This document shows positions 8,438 to 18,000 of a stretch of 64,000 nt of DNA, piece by piece. A program made the position numbers and the translations under genes. Origin of the DNA: Candidatus Glassbacteria bacterium (GTDB taxonomy: Bacteria; Gemmatimonadota; Glassbacteria; GWA2-58-10); contig CAVVYO010000006.1 in assembly GCA_963752515.1 (NCBI GenBank), positions 681,704 through 745,703 on the forward strand, in the 5' to 3' direction. Below the pieces are notes generated by a model that had not been told where the DNA came from, did not search any database, and worked only from the letters and a program-made list of their open reading frames with translations. The stretch's first letter is position 1; the number at the start of each line of letters is the position of its first letter.

Positions 8438-9820
8438 TCAGCGCGCGAGGCGGACCACCACGAAACGCTCGGAGCGCGCCGCCTCGCCGGAGGATCCGGG
8501 CTCGGCGATCAGCTCTTCCGAGATCAGCAGCCGCATCCGCTCGGGAGGGACGCCCTCGCCGGCCAGGAAGTCGCGGATGGCCCTGGCCCGGGTTTCGGCG
8601 GCCCGCCGGTTGGCGGAGAGCCTCCCCCGGTGCGAGAGGTGGGCCACGAGCTCCAGGCCCACGCCCCGGGTCGCCTGCAACCGCCGGGCGACCCGTTTCA
8701 GCTGCTCGTAGTGTTCCGGCCTGACCGCGCCGGAGTTGAAGGGGAAATCGAGCACAAGGTAGAACCGGTCTTCATCCGGTTCCGGGCAACCCTCCCGATC
8801 CACCCTTATCCCCGCTTCCGTGCCCGGGCACTGATCCAAGCCGTCCGGCACTCCATCCCTGTCCCCATCCAGCGCCCGGCCGGTCCGGTCGACCAGCGCT
8901 CCCCGCGGCGTGAACGGCTCCAGGTCAAGCTGATCGATGATGCCATCGGAGTCGGAATCCATCCCCTCCACCGCCGAATCCGGCAGCTCGGGCGGCGGGG
9001 GCGGAGTCGGGCAGCCGCTGGAGTCCACCAGCGCCCCGGGCGGGGTCCCCGGGCAGTCATCCCGCTCATCGGGGACACCATCGCCATCCTGATCCACCGG
9101 GCAGCCCTCCGGGCCGACCGCGAGGCCTGGCAAGGTTCCCGGGCACAGGTCGCGCCCATCGGGAATCCCATCCAGGTCGGCGTCCGGCAGGGAGGCGGTC
9201 CGATCCGCGCCGCCCATCCCCCGTCCCAGCACCAGAGTCACACCCGCGCCGAACTCCAGGTTGTGGGTCGGCTTTCCGGTCGGGGAGGCGAACGGCCGCT
9301 CCAGGTAATGGTCATGCACCGCCGCCCGCAGCGCCAGGTGTCCGGTGAAGAAATACTCCACTCCCGCGCCGAGCACCAGCAACCGTCGCCGTTGGCGGGC
9401 CGCCACTTCCCCGGCTCCGTCCGGCAGCACCAGATCGCGGTCCAGCTCCAGCTCCGCCCGGCCGGCGGCGGCGGAGACAAACGGCGCCAGGGACCCCAGC
9501 GGCAAGCCCAACCTCACGCCACCGGAGTACTGCCGGTAACGGCCCTCGTGCTGCCCCAACCGGCCGAGCCGGTCGGGGAGCACCATGCTCCCGCTGCGGG
9601 CCAAGCCGCCCTCGAGGCCGATCAGGCGGTTGAGATACAACCCGCCCCGCGCGCCCCACATCGGACCATCGCCCAGCAGGTTTTCCGGGCGGTAGGTCAT
9701 CCAGTGGCCCAGGCCCGGGCTGAGGTAAAGCCTCCCGAACCATTGGCCGGCCAGCAACTGGGAACAAGCTCCCGATAGCAGGGCCAGCAGGCACGCACAG
9801 CGGAAAGCTCCGCGCATCAT
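8438..9820 (-). CDS. OmpA-family paralogue with TSP3-like repeats and a degenerate OmpA domain
   Basis: Same architecture as the neighbour; DxDGDGVPDxxDxCPGT repeats; GHTD replaced by AHLSH. Confidence 0.8.
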   Translation of the reverse strand: MMRGAFRCACLLALLSGACSQLLAGQWFGRLYLSPGLGHWMTYRPENLLGDGPMWGARGGLYLNRLIGLEGGLARSGSMVLPDRLGRLGQHEGRYRQYSGGVRLGLPLGSLAPFVSAAAGRAELELDRDLVLPDGAGEVAARQRRRLLVLGAGVEYFFTGHLALRAAVHDHYLERPFASPTGKPTHNLEFGAGVTLVLGRGMGGADRTASLPDADLDGIPDGRDLCPGTLPGLAVGPEGCPVDQDGDGVPDERDDCPGTPPGALVDSSGCPTPPPPPELPDSAVEGMDSDSDGIIDQLDLEPFTPRGALVDRTGRALDGDRDGVPDGLDQCPGTEAGIRVDREGCPEPDEDRFYLVLDFPFNSGAVRPEHYEQLKRVARRLQATRGVGLELVAHLSHRGRLSANRRAAETRARAIRDFLAGEGVPPERMRLLISEELIAEPGSSGEAARSERFVVVRLAR

Positions 9821-10065
9821 TCGATCCGCAAATGGTTAAAAAATACTACTTACTCTATTTTATCCTAGAATCAGTGAAAACGCAACTGCGAGACTTAGCG
9901 GGCGCGGATGCGCGCGGCGCACTCCGGGTCATCCACCGCCATCACCGGGGCGCTCCCCGGCCGCGGTCATCGGCTCGGCCACCCGGAGCTCCAGGCGGTT
10001 GATGCTGAAGCAATGGAGGAGCGGGGCTATTGCCGCGGCCCGGTCATGGCGGTGTGGTGATGGTT

Positions 10066-11664
10066 TCAGTCGGTGAGCAGCTGATCCAGGTCCTCCCGGT
10101 CCTCGGGCGCGGTCTCGGCGGCCGGGGGCGCGGCCGCCACCTTGCCCTTGCGGCGGACCAGGTAGCTGGGGATCTTTTCGTGGCCGGCGGGCTTGATCTC
10201 CTCATCGAATCCGTTCTTGGCGGCGATCCCCATCCCGATCAGCATGATCAGCCCGCCGATCATCGCCGCTTCCACCACCCCGCCCAGGGTCAGGAAATAC
10301 AGCACGCCGATCAGGGCGCTCAGCCCCAGCACCAGCGGCAGGGCGAACAGCACCTTGCGGATCGCGTTGGAGACCTGCAGGTCCCCGGTCAACTCCTCCA
10401 GGTAGCGGGCCACCACCCGCTGGACCGCCCGGGACACCGTGCCGTGGCTGCAGAGCTGGCCCAGGCAGTGCTGGAGGAAGCCCTGCTGCTCGTATTTCGA
10501 GGGAAAACGACCGTAGAGGTAGTGCTCATCGCCCTCGGCGCCGAGGATCACCGCCAGCAGGTAGCCGCCGGGGAAAGCGAAACACCGGGCGCCGACAAAC
10601 GGCAACTGGAGGTTGCAGAGCACCTCCGTGCGCAGGAACTGTCGGCCTTTCTTGCTCTTGAGCCCCTGGCTGTAAAAGCTGCCGCTGATCTTGCGGCGGG
10701 CGTACTCCAAGTCGTCGCCGCTCACCGCCGGGCAGACCAACTCGTACTGCAGCGCCACCTCGTGGGCCCCGATCACCGCCTTGGCGCGGATGTAATCCTT
10801 GAGGTGCTCCAGCCCCTCGCGCTCCACCGCGTCGAGCTCCTCCTCGAGGCGGAGCTCGGCCATCACCCGGCGCAAGCGGCGGAAGTCGCAGGGGTACTGC
10901 TCGAACATCTCGCGGAAGAGCTGGAAACGGGCGGCGGCCTCGTTCTTCAGCGCGTTCTCGGCCGCCAGGTTGTCGCGCAGGTCGCCCTTGCGGTCGGCAT
11001 CCCGGAGTTCCACGTAGCGCCGGATGATCCGGTGCTCATCGAACAGCGCGGTCAGTCCCAGCGCGGCGATCACCTCGGTGACCGCCAGTTCCTTGTCCGG
11101 CACGCCCTTGAGCTGCCGGTAACGGAAGTTGAAGAAGCGCTGGAGCCCTTTTTCCCAGACCAGCTCATAGAGGCGCGGCACCTCGAATTCCTCGGCCAGG
11201 GCCGAGAGCTCGCGCCGCGGGGTGAGGTCGAACAGCGCGAAATAGAAGCGCCGGGCCTCGGCCTCATCCAGCTCCCGCGCCCCGTAGAGGCTTACCAGGT
11301 TCTTGCTTTCGGCCCGGGTGGAGAGCATCAGCCGCAGGGTCGCGATCTCGCAGCAGCGCGGCATCCGGCCCTCTTTGAACACCTCCGCCGCCCGGTGCTC
11401 CAGGTAACGGCCCAGCAGGCTCAGGCTCAGACCGTACTCGTAAGAGAGCGTCTTCAGCCCCTGGTAATTGCGGGCGACCAGCTCCCCGGCCAGGGCCTGG
11501 AACCAGTCCAGCTCCTGGCCCTCCTCCTGCAGCGCGGCGAGCCGGCCCAGCTTGAGCTGTTCCTTGATCTGGTGCTTGTTCAAGAGCGGAACTCCGGCAG
11601 GAAGTACCGGGTCGACCGGCGAGGGCCGGGGGGTATCGAAGCCTTCGGACATGGACCGATCCAC
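10066..11664 (-). CDS. Hypothetical protein, large helical domain plus two C-terminal TM helices
   Basis: 532-aa ORF with genome-typical codon use; hydrophobic LFALPLVLGLSALIGVLYF and AAMIGGLIMLIGMGIAA. Confidence 0.7.
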   Translation of the reverse strand: MDRSMSEGFDTPRPSPVDPVLPAGVPLLNKHQIKEQLKLGRLAALQEEGQELDWFQALAGELVARNYQGLKTLSYEYGLSLSLLGRYLEHRAAEVFKEGRMPRCCEIATLRLMLSTRAESKNLVSLYGARELDEAEARRFYFALFDLTPRRELSALAEEFEVPRLYELVWEKGLQRFFNFRYRQLKGVPDKELAVTEVIAALGLTALFDEHRIIRRYVELRDADRKGDLRDNLAAENALKNEAAARFQLFREMFEQYPCDFRRLRRVMAELRLEEELDAVEREGLEHLKDYIRAKAVIGAHEVALQYELVCPAVSGDDLEYARRKISGSFYSQGLKSKKGRQFLRTEVLCNLQLPFVGARCFAFPGGYLLAVILGAEGDEHYLYGRFPSKYEQQGFLQHCLGQLCSHGTVSRAVQRVVARYLEELTGDLQVSNAIRKVLFALPLVLGLSALIGVLYFLTLGGVVEAAMIGGLIMLIGMGIAAKNGFDEEIKPAGHEKIPSYLVRRKGKVAAAPPAAETAPEDREDLDQLLTD

Positions 11665-11764
11665 GGAAACAGGTGTCGTGCCTGCCCTGACGCATTCAGG
11701 GACTGAAATCCAATCCGGCCTTTTCCCGACAAACCCTCATTTCCGCTTCACTATCCTGCAAGAA

Positions 11765-12514
11765 TCACGCCTCCCGGTTAATCAGCGAGGCGGCGAATCC
11801 CGCTCCGAATCCATTGTCGATATTGACCACGGTCACCCCGGCCGAGCAGGAGTTGAGCATGGTCAAGAGCGCCGACAGCCCGCCGAAACTGGCCCCGTAG
11901 CCGATGCTGGTCGGGACCGCGATCACCGGCCGGTCCACCAGCCCGCCCACCACCGAGGCCAGGGCCCCCTCCATCCCCGCCACGACAATCACCACCGCGG
12001 CCGAGGTCAGGTCCTGCCGTCGCGCCAGCAGCCGGTGCAGCCCGGCCACGCCCACATCGAAAATCCGCAGGACCGTGTTCCCCATTACCTCGGCGGTGAC
12101 CGCCGCCTCCTCGGCCACCGGGATGTCGCTGGTGCCGGCGCAGACCACCGCCACCGGTCCGCGCATGCGCGGGGTGCTGCCCGCCTGCACCGCGACAATC
12201 CGCGCCAGGGGGTGATGCACCGCCTCCGGATATTGGGCGACCAGCAGCGCCGCCACCTCCGGCGAAACCCGGGTCGCCAGCAGGCTGCTGCCATGGGCGA
12301 GGATCCGCCCGGCGATCGCCACGGTCTGCTCGGCGGTCTTGCCCTGGCAGAAGATCACCTCCGGGAAGCCGCTGCGCAGGTGGCGGTGGTGATCGATCAC
12401 CGCAAAGCCCAGTTCCTCGAACGGCAGGGACTTGAGGGCCTCCAGCGCCTCCTCGACCGACAGCTCCTCGGCTTTGACCCGGTCGAGCACGTTCCTGATC
12501 TGATCCGGATGCAT
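11765..12514 (-). CDS. larB: Nickel-pincer cofactor biosynthesis protein LarB (AIR carboxylase-like)
   Basis: [65 protein letters not shown]. Confidence 0.9.
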   Translation of the reverse strand: MHPDQIRNVLDRVKAEELSVEEALEALKSLPFEELGFAVIDHHRHLRSGFPEVIFCQGKTAEQTVAIAGRILAHGSSLLATRVSPEVAALLVAQYPEAVHHPLARIVAVQAGSTPRMRGPVAVVCAGTSDIPVAEEAAVTAEVMGNTVLRIFDVGVAGLHRLLARRQDLTSAAVVIVVAGMEGALASVVGGLVDRPVIAVPTSIGYGASFGGLSALLTMLNSCSAGVTVVNIDNGFGAGFAASLINREA

Positions 12515-12516
12515 CG

Positions 12517-13470
12517 TCACCCCTCTCGGTACCGGTCGAACACTCCGACCACTTCGGCCAGGGTCCGGCAGGCAAACAGTTCCCTTCTCAGGCCGGTCGC
12601 TTCCGGCAGTCCACGGGTATAGGCGGCCAGGTGCTTGCGCATCACCAGCACCCCGCTCAGTTCGCCGCGCTGCTCCACCACCAGCGCGGCATGCTCCAGC
12701 GCCACCGCGATCCGCTCCTCCAGCGAGGGCTCGCCGGGGTCCGGCTTTCCCGCCAGCAGCGCCCGGGCGCGGGCGAAAATCCAGGGATTGCCCATTGCCG
12801 CCCGGGCCACCATCACGGTGTCGCAGCCGGTGACCGCGAACATCTCCAGCGCATCGGCCGGAGTGAGGACATCCCCGCTGCCGATCACCGGCCCCGGGGA
12901 TTGCGCTTTCAGCCGGGCGATCTGGCTCCAGTCGCTGCGGCCGGAGAACAGCTGGGTGCGGGTGCGCGGGTGCAGGGCCACCGCGCTGACCCCGGCCTCC
13001 CACAGCCGTCCGGCCACTTCCAGGTAGTTGAGCGAGCCGCTGTCCCAGCCGCTGCGCAGCTTGGCGGTGACCGGCAATCCCCCGGCGCCCGCGACCGCCG
13101 CCCGGGCGATCCGCCCGACCAGCTCCGGCTCGCGCATCAGCGAGGCCCCGCCTTTGCGCCGGACCACCTTGGGCACCGGGCAGCCGAAATTGAGGTCGAT
13201 GAAATCCGGCCCCAGCCGGGCGGCCAGCCGGGCGGCCCGTTCCATGCTCTCCGGGTCCGCCCCGAACAGTTGCAGCCCGAGCGGGCGCTCCTCGGGCAGG
13301 AAGCGCAGCAGGGTGTGGCTCTTGCCCCCCTGGCCGCGCGCCAGGCCCTCGGCGCTGACCATTTCCGACCAGACCAGGTCCGCCCCCAGTCGACGGCAGA
13401 TCCGCCGGAAGGGGGAGTCCCCCACCCCGGCCATCGGGGCCAGGGCCAGTTTTCCCTTGAAATCGATCAC
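12517..13470 (-). CDS. dusB: tRNA-dihydrouridine synthase DusB
   Basis: [35 protein letters not shown]; GTG start with upstream purine-rich RBS. Confidence 0.88.
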   Translation of the reverse strand: MIDFKGKLALAPMAGVGDSPFRRICRRLGADLVWSEMVSAEGLARGQGGKSHTLLRFLPEERPLGLQLFGADPESMERAARLAARLGPDFIDLNFGCPVPKVVRRKGGASLMREPELVGRIARAAVAGAGGLPVTAKLRSGWDSGSLNYLEVAGRLWEAGVSAVALHPRTRTQLFSGRSDWSQIARLKAQSPGPVIGSGDVLTPADALEMFAVTGCDTVMVARAAMGNPWIFARARALLAGKPDPGEPSLEERIAVALEHAALVVEQRGELSGVLVMRKHLAAYTRGLPEATGLRRELFACRTLAEVVGVFDRYREG

Positions 13471-13681
13471 GATGCCGCTCCCTCTGCCGCCTGATCCTCC
13501 ATGATCTGCCCGCCCGGCGGTCCGGCCGGGCTCTCTCAAGAATAAGTCCGCCCCGCCCAAAGGCAAGCAAAAAAAAGCGCCCAGTGGTTTAACCCGATTC
13601 GCCCCCTTGAGGCCACCGGGTCGCAGCCACGTTGCGCCGCAGCGGGAGCTCATGGCCCCCGATCCGCCGGCAGCGCCGGCC

Positions 13682-14821
13682 TCATTCCTCCCGGTTGAAC
13701 TCCTCGATCAGCCGGATGGTCTGCTCGATTTTCTCCCGCAGTTTGAGCGGCGGCTCCCGGAGGCTGCCGATCGCCGGACCCAGCACCCCCGCCAGCTCGA
13801 CCCGCACCATCCAGGGCTCGGCCAGCGGATGCGGGTAACCCGCTTTCGCCGCCAGTTCCTCCGCCCAGGAGATCACCGCCGCCCCCAGCGCCGGGAGACG
13901 CCCCGGCTCATCGCCGAAACCATAGCAGCCGCAGTGGTGACGGCCGATCATCTCGGCGGTCTCCGAGGAGAACTGCCACTTGCCGGCCAGCAGTCGTCCG
14001 GCCAGCGGGTGGCCGAAGCCGAAGGCCTCCTCCTCCAGCCGGATCGTGTCCTGGTCCGCCCCCGGCTCCCCGCTCCCCAGGCGCTCGAACAGCAGGGCGG
14101 CCCGCTCGCGGTCATAGCAGGGGAAAACAATCCAGCCCAGGTCGTGCAGCAGCGCGGCGGTGGTGACCGCCCCCAGCGGTCCGGTGCGGCCCAGCACCTC
14201 CCGCAGCAGGAATTCGCTGGCCACCGAGACCGCGTGGGAATGCTTCCAGAAGGCCAGCAGGTCGAAACCGGCCGCCTCCCGGAACCGGCCCCCGATGGTG
14301 CGCTGCAGGGCATGGCCGAACACCATGTTCTTGACCTCGTTGTAGCCCAGGTAGGTGATCGCTCGCGGCAGGGAGTCGATGCGGGTGCTGAGCCCGAACG
14401 CGGCGGAGTTGACCAGCCGGATGATCCGCGCCGCATAGAACGGGTTGGAGGAAATGATCGTGGCGATCTCCCGCGGCTCCATCCCGAAATCGATCCGCAG
14501 CATCCGGGCCTCGCCCGGGTCCGGCAGCTCGCGCAGCACCTGTTCCAGCCGCCAGAGGGTCTCCAGCTCCAGGTCCGCGCGCTCCAGCGGCTGGCGGCCT
14601 CGCGGCCCCGGCGGCCGGAACTGCGCGGCGGCCGGGGCGGCCTGGTCCGCCCGGGCCGGAGCCTCCGCCACGGGCCGGGCCGGAGTCATCCCGGTCCCGC
14701 CGGCCTCCCGGCCGAGCCCGGTGCTGTCGAGGCTTCCACCCCCAGCGGCTTTCCCGCCCCGGCTCCGGTACAGCCACAGGATCGCCAGCAGCACCAGCAT
14801 GCCGATCAGTACCAGCTCCAT
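13682..14821 (-). CDS. Membrane-anchored HDOD domain protein
   Basis: N-terminal TM; RLVNSAAFG, AITYLG, FWKHS, LLHDLG, EEEAFGFGHP..G..LA.KWQF, HH; alternative start 14866. Confidence 0.85.
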   Translation of the reverse strand: MELVLIGMLVLLAILWLYRSRGGKAAGGGSLDSTGLGREAGGTGMTPARPVAEAPARADQAAPAAAQFRPPGPRGRQPLERADLELETLWRLEQVLRELPDPGEARMLRIDFGMEPREIATIISSNPFYAARIIRLVNSAAFGLSTRIDSLPRAITYLGYNEVKNMVFGHALQRTIGGRFREAAGFDLLAFWKHSHAVSVASEFLLREVLGRTGPLGAVTTAALLHDLGWIVFPCYDRERAALLFERLGSGEPGADQDTIRLEEEAFGFGHPLAGRLLAGKWQFSSETAEMIGRHHCGCYGFGDEPGRLPALGAAVISWAEELAAKAGYPHPLAEPWMVRVELAGVLGPAIGSLREPPLKLREKIEQTIRLIEEFNREE

Positions 14822-14870
14822 GCGCTCTCCCCCCAAGCCGGTCAGCCCGCGGCGAAATGGGTTCATGCCG

Positions 14871-14961
14871 ATTCTATCCCTTCGCGGGCCGGGCTGTCAA
14901 GCCTTCCGACCCCGGGCCGGGCGCTTTGCGCTTGACCCCGCCCGGGGTTTTCTGGTAGAAT
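14871..14961. promoter_or_regulatory. Divergent sigma70-type promoter pair
   Basis: Minus: TTGACA(14900-14895)-18-TAGAAT(14876-14871); plus: TTGACC(14932)-18-TAGAAT(14956-14961). Confidence 0.55.
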
Positions 14962-15022
14962 CTTCTCAGCCCGGGGCCGCCAATGGTGGGCCCTCTCCCC
15001 TTCCCGCCGCGAGGGACCAGCC

Positions 15023-18000
15023 GTGAGCCTCACCACTGCATCCCGTATCCCACTGGCCGCGCTTTTCCTCTGCCTGCAGCTCGCTGTCGCGCCGCTGAGC
15101 ATCGCCGCCGTGGAACAGGACTCCCTGGCGGCCGCCCGGCTGAGCGAGGAAAACGCCCTCCTTCGCGAGCGGCTGGAGCAACTGGAGGGCGGCCGGGAGC
15201 AGTTCCGCTGGAGCCGGTTCCGGGAGAGCCCGGTGCTGATGTCCGGCAGCCTGACGGCGATCGACACCACCCTCGATGGCCGGCTGGCTTTCGCCACCGA
15301 CCGCCAGGGGCTGGTGCTGTTCGATGGCGCGCTGCTCGAGGTGGCCGACCGCCGCACCACCGGCCTGCCGGACGATTTTGTCAGCTGCACCGCCCCGCTG
15401 GACCGGGAGCGCCTGTGGGTGGGCACCGGCCGGGGGCTGGCGCTCTATGACCGCGGCCGCCTGCTAGTTCCCGAGGGTCTGCCGCCCGAGCTGCGGGAGG
15501 CCCCGGTGAGCTGCCTGGCGGCGGATGGCGATGGCGGGCTTTGGGTCGGGACCCAGGGCCGAGGGCTCTGGCGTTTGTCCGGCGGGGCCTGGGAGCACCA
15601 CCTGACCGCCGGGGACTCCGCCGCTCCATCCGCCGCCGCCAACATCAACGATCTGCTGCTGATGCCCGGCGGCGAGCTGTGGGCCGCCACCGCCGGCGAT
15701 GGAGTCTATCGGCTCGAAAGCGACGCCCGGCAAGTGTTCCCCGCGCCCCTCGGCCCGGGCAGCGAGGAGGTCTACTGCCTGGCGCTGGACCGGGATGGCC
15801 TGGTCTGGATCGGGACCGCCGCGGCCGGGGCCGGACTCTGGGATGGAATCGGCTGGCGGAAGGCTCCCCTGCCCTTGATGGAGGGCGAGGGGGTGGTGAG
15901 CCTGGCCCTGCTGGAGGATGGCGACCTGCTGTTCGGCAGCACCGCCGGGGTGTTCCTGCTCGACCACCGCCAGGGCGCGTTCGAGCGCTTCCCGCTGCCG
16001 GAGGAGCTGGAGCCCTACCCGGTGACCGCGGCCCTGGAGCACCGGGGAAAGCTGTGGCTGGCTCCTTCCGGCCAGGGCCTGCACCTCTGCGACCGCGCGC
16101 TGATCGAGCGCCACACCGCCGCGCAGGGCCTGCCCTCGGACCAGGTCTACCACCTGGCCCGCGACCCCGGGGGAAAGATCTGGTGCGGCACCTGGAGCGG
16201 GGCGGGAATCCTGGGGGAACAGGGCTGGGGAACGCTCGACAGCCGCGCCGGGCTACCCGCCGACCTGGTGACCGCCCTGCTGTTTCCCGACCCGCAGCAG
16301 ATCGTTTTCGCCACCCATCGCGGAGTGGGGATCCTCGCGGGCGGCCGCTGGCGCTACCTGGACCGGGACTCCGGGCTCGGCGGCAACACGGTCAACCACC
16401 TGGCTCTGGACAGTCTGGGCGGGTTGTGGATCGCCACCGAGGGCGGCGGACTGGCCCGCCTGATGGGGGATTCGCTGCGCAGCTTGACCGTGGCGGATGG
16501 CCTGCCCTCGAACGAGGTCCAGGCCAGCGCGGTGCTGCCGGAGGGCACGCTCTGGGCCGCCACCCGCGAGGGTCTGGCCTTCCTGGATGGATCGCGTTTC
16601 CGACCCGCGGCCGGGGATTCCCCGGGGGACCCGGCTCCCGGGCCCGAGCATTTCACCGCGCTGACTGTCGCCGCCGACAGCTCGCTGTGGGCGGCCACCC
16701 TCGGCCGGGGAGTCTGGCGCAGGCGGCCCGCGGGGTCCTGGGAGCAGTACACGGTGGAGCAGGGCCTGGGCGCCGATGAGGTCTACGCCCTGACGGCCGG
16801 AGCGCGCGGCCGGGTCTGGTTCGGGACCGCGATGGGCCTCAGCCTGTTCGATGGCGAAAACTGGCGCTCCTATGGCCCCGCCGATGGGCTGGAGCCCGCG
16901 GCGGTGCGGGCCCTGGTCCTGGAGCGCGAGGATGTGCTGTGGCTGGCGGCCGAGCGCAAAGGATTGACCCGGCTCGACCTGGCCCGGCTCGATCCGCCCG
17001 AGACTTTCCTGTCGCTGCCGAGCGGCGGGCTGCTGGCGCTGGATCGCGGCAACCTTCCCCGGTTGTTTGTCCCCGGCGGGGATACCCTGCGCCCGTTCCC
17101 GGCCGGAGTCGACACCCTGGCCGCCCGGGCCCTGCTCGGCCACCGTTTCTACCGCCGGCTGGAGTCATCCCGGCTGGACACGGTCCGCCTCGACCGCCTG
17201 GAGCTGCGCTGCTCGGCGGTCACCCCCTGGTGGCCCGGCTCCGATGCCGGCTGCCGTTTCTCCTGGAAGCTCGACCGCCGTCCCTGGACCCCGTTCGGCT
17301 ACCGCGGGGAAATCTCCCTCACGGGCCTGGCGCGCGGGGTGCACGTGCTGAGTGTCCAGGCCAAGGACCAGCACCTGCGGGTCGATCCCACTCCGGTCCA
17401 CTACAGCTTCTTTGTCGATGTCCCCAGCCCCTGGAGCGACTGGCGGCTGTACCTGTTGTCGGCGCTGCTGGTGGCGGGGGCAGTGGCCGCGGTCGGGCGA
17501 CGGCAGCTCGCCTGGCGGCTCGCCCGGTCGCGCCACCGCGCTTTCCGCCCGGTCGAGCCCAATCCCTTCCGGCCCGGCTTGCCGCTGGAGGGCGGTTCCC
17601 TTCCCGGCCGGGAGGAACAGTTGCGCCTGATAGAGGAATCCCTGGCCGAGGGGCGGCTGGCCCTGGTGTTCCATGGCGAACGTCAATGCGGGGTGAGCTC
17701 GCTGCTGCGCCAGGCCGCGGCCAGGCTGGAGCGGCAGGGGGCGCGGGCGCTCTACCTCGACCTGGCGGAGCGGAGTTTCCCCGATGCCGCCGCCCTGGCC
17801 CGGGAGCTGGAGCGGCAGTTGTCCGGCCCCGGAGATACTCCCGACAGCCCGGCCGACCCGTTGGAACGCCTGCGGCTGCGGCTGGCGGCCCATGGCCCCC
17901 GGACCATCCTGCTGTTCGACCGCGCCGAGCGGCTGGGCCGGCTGCTGGAGCGCGATCCCGCCTCCGGCGAGCGGCTGGCGGCGGTGGTCCGCGAGCTGGT

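Noticed and set aside
11765-13570. 601-aa ORF suggesting an extended LarB fusion
   Set aside because: The N-terminal part is an off-frame reading of dusB; LarB starts at 12514
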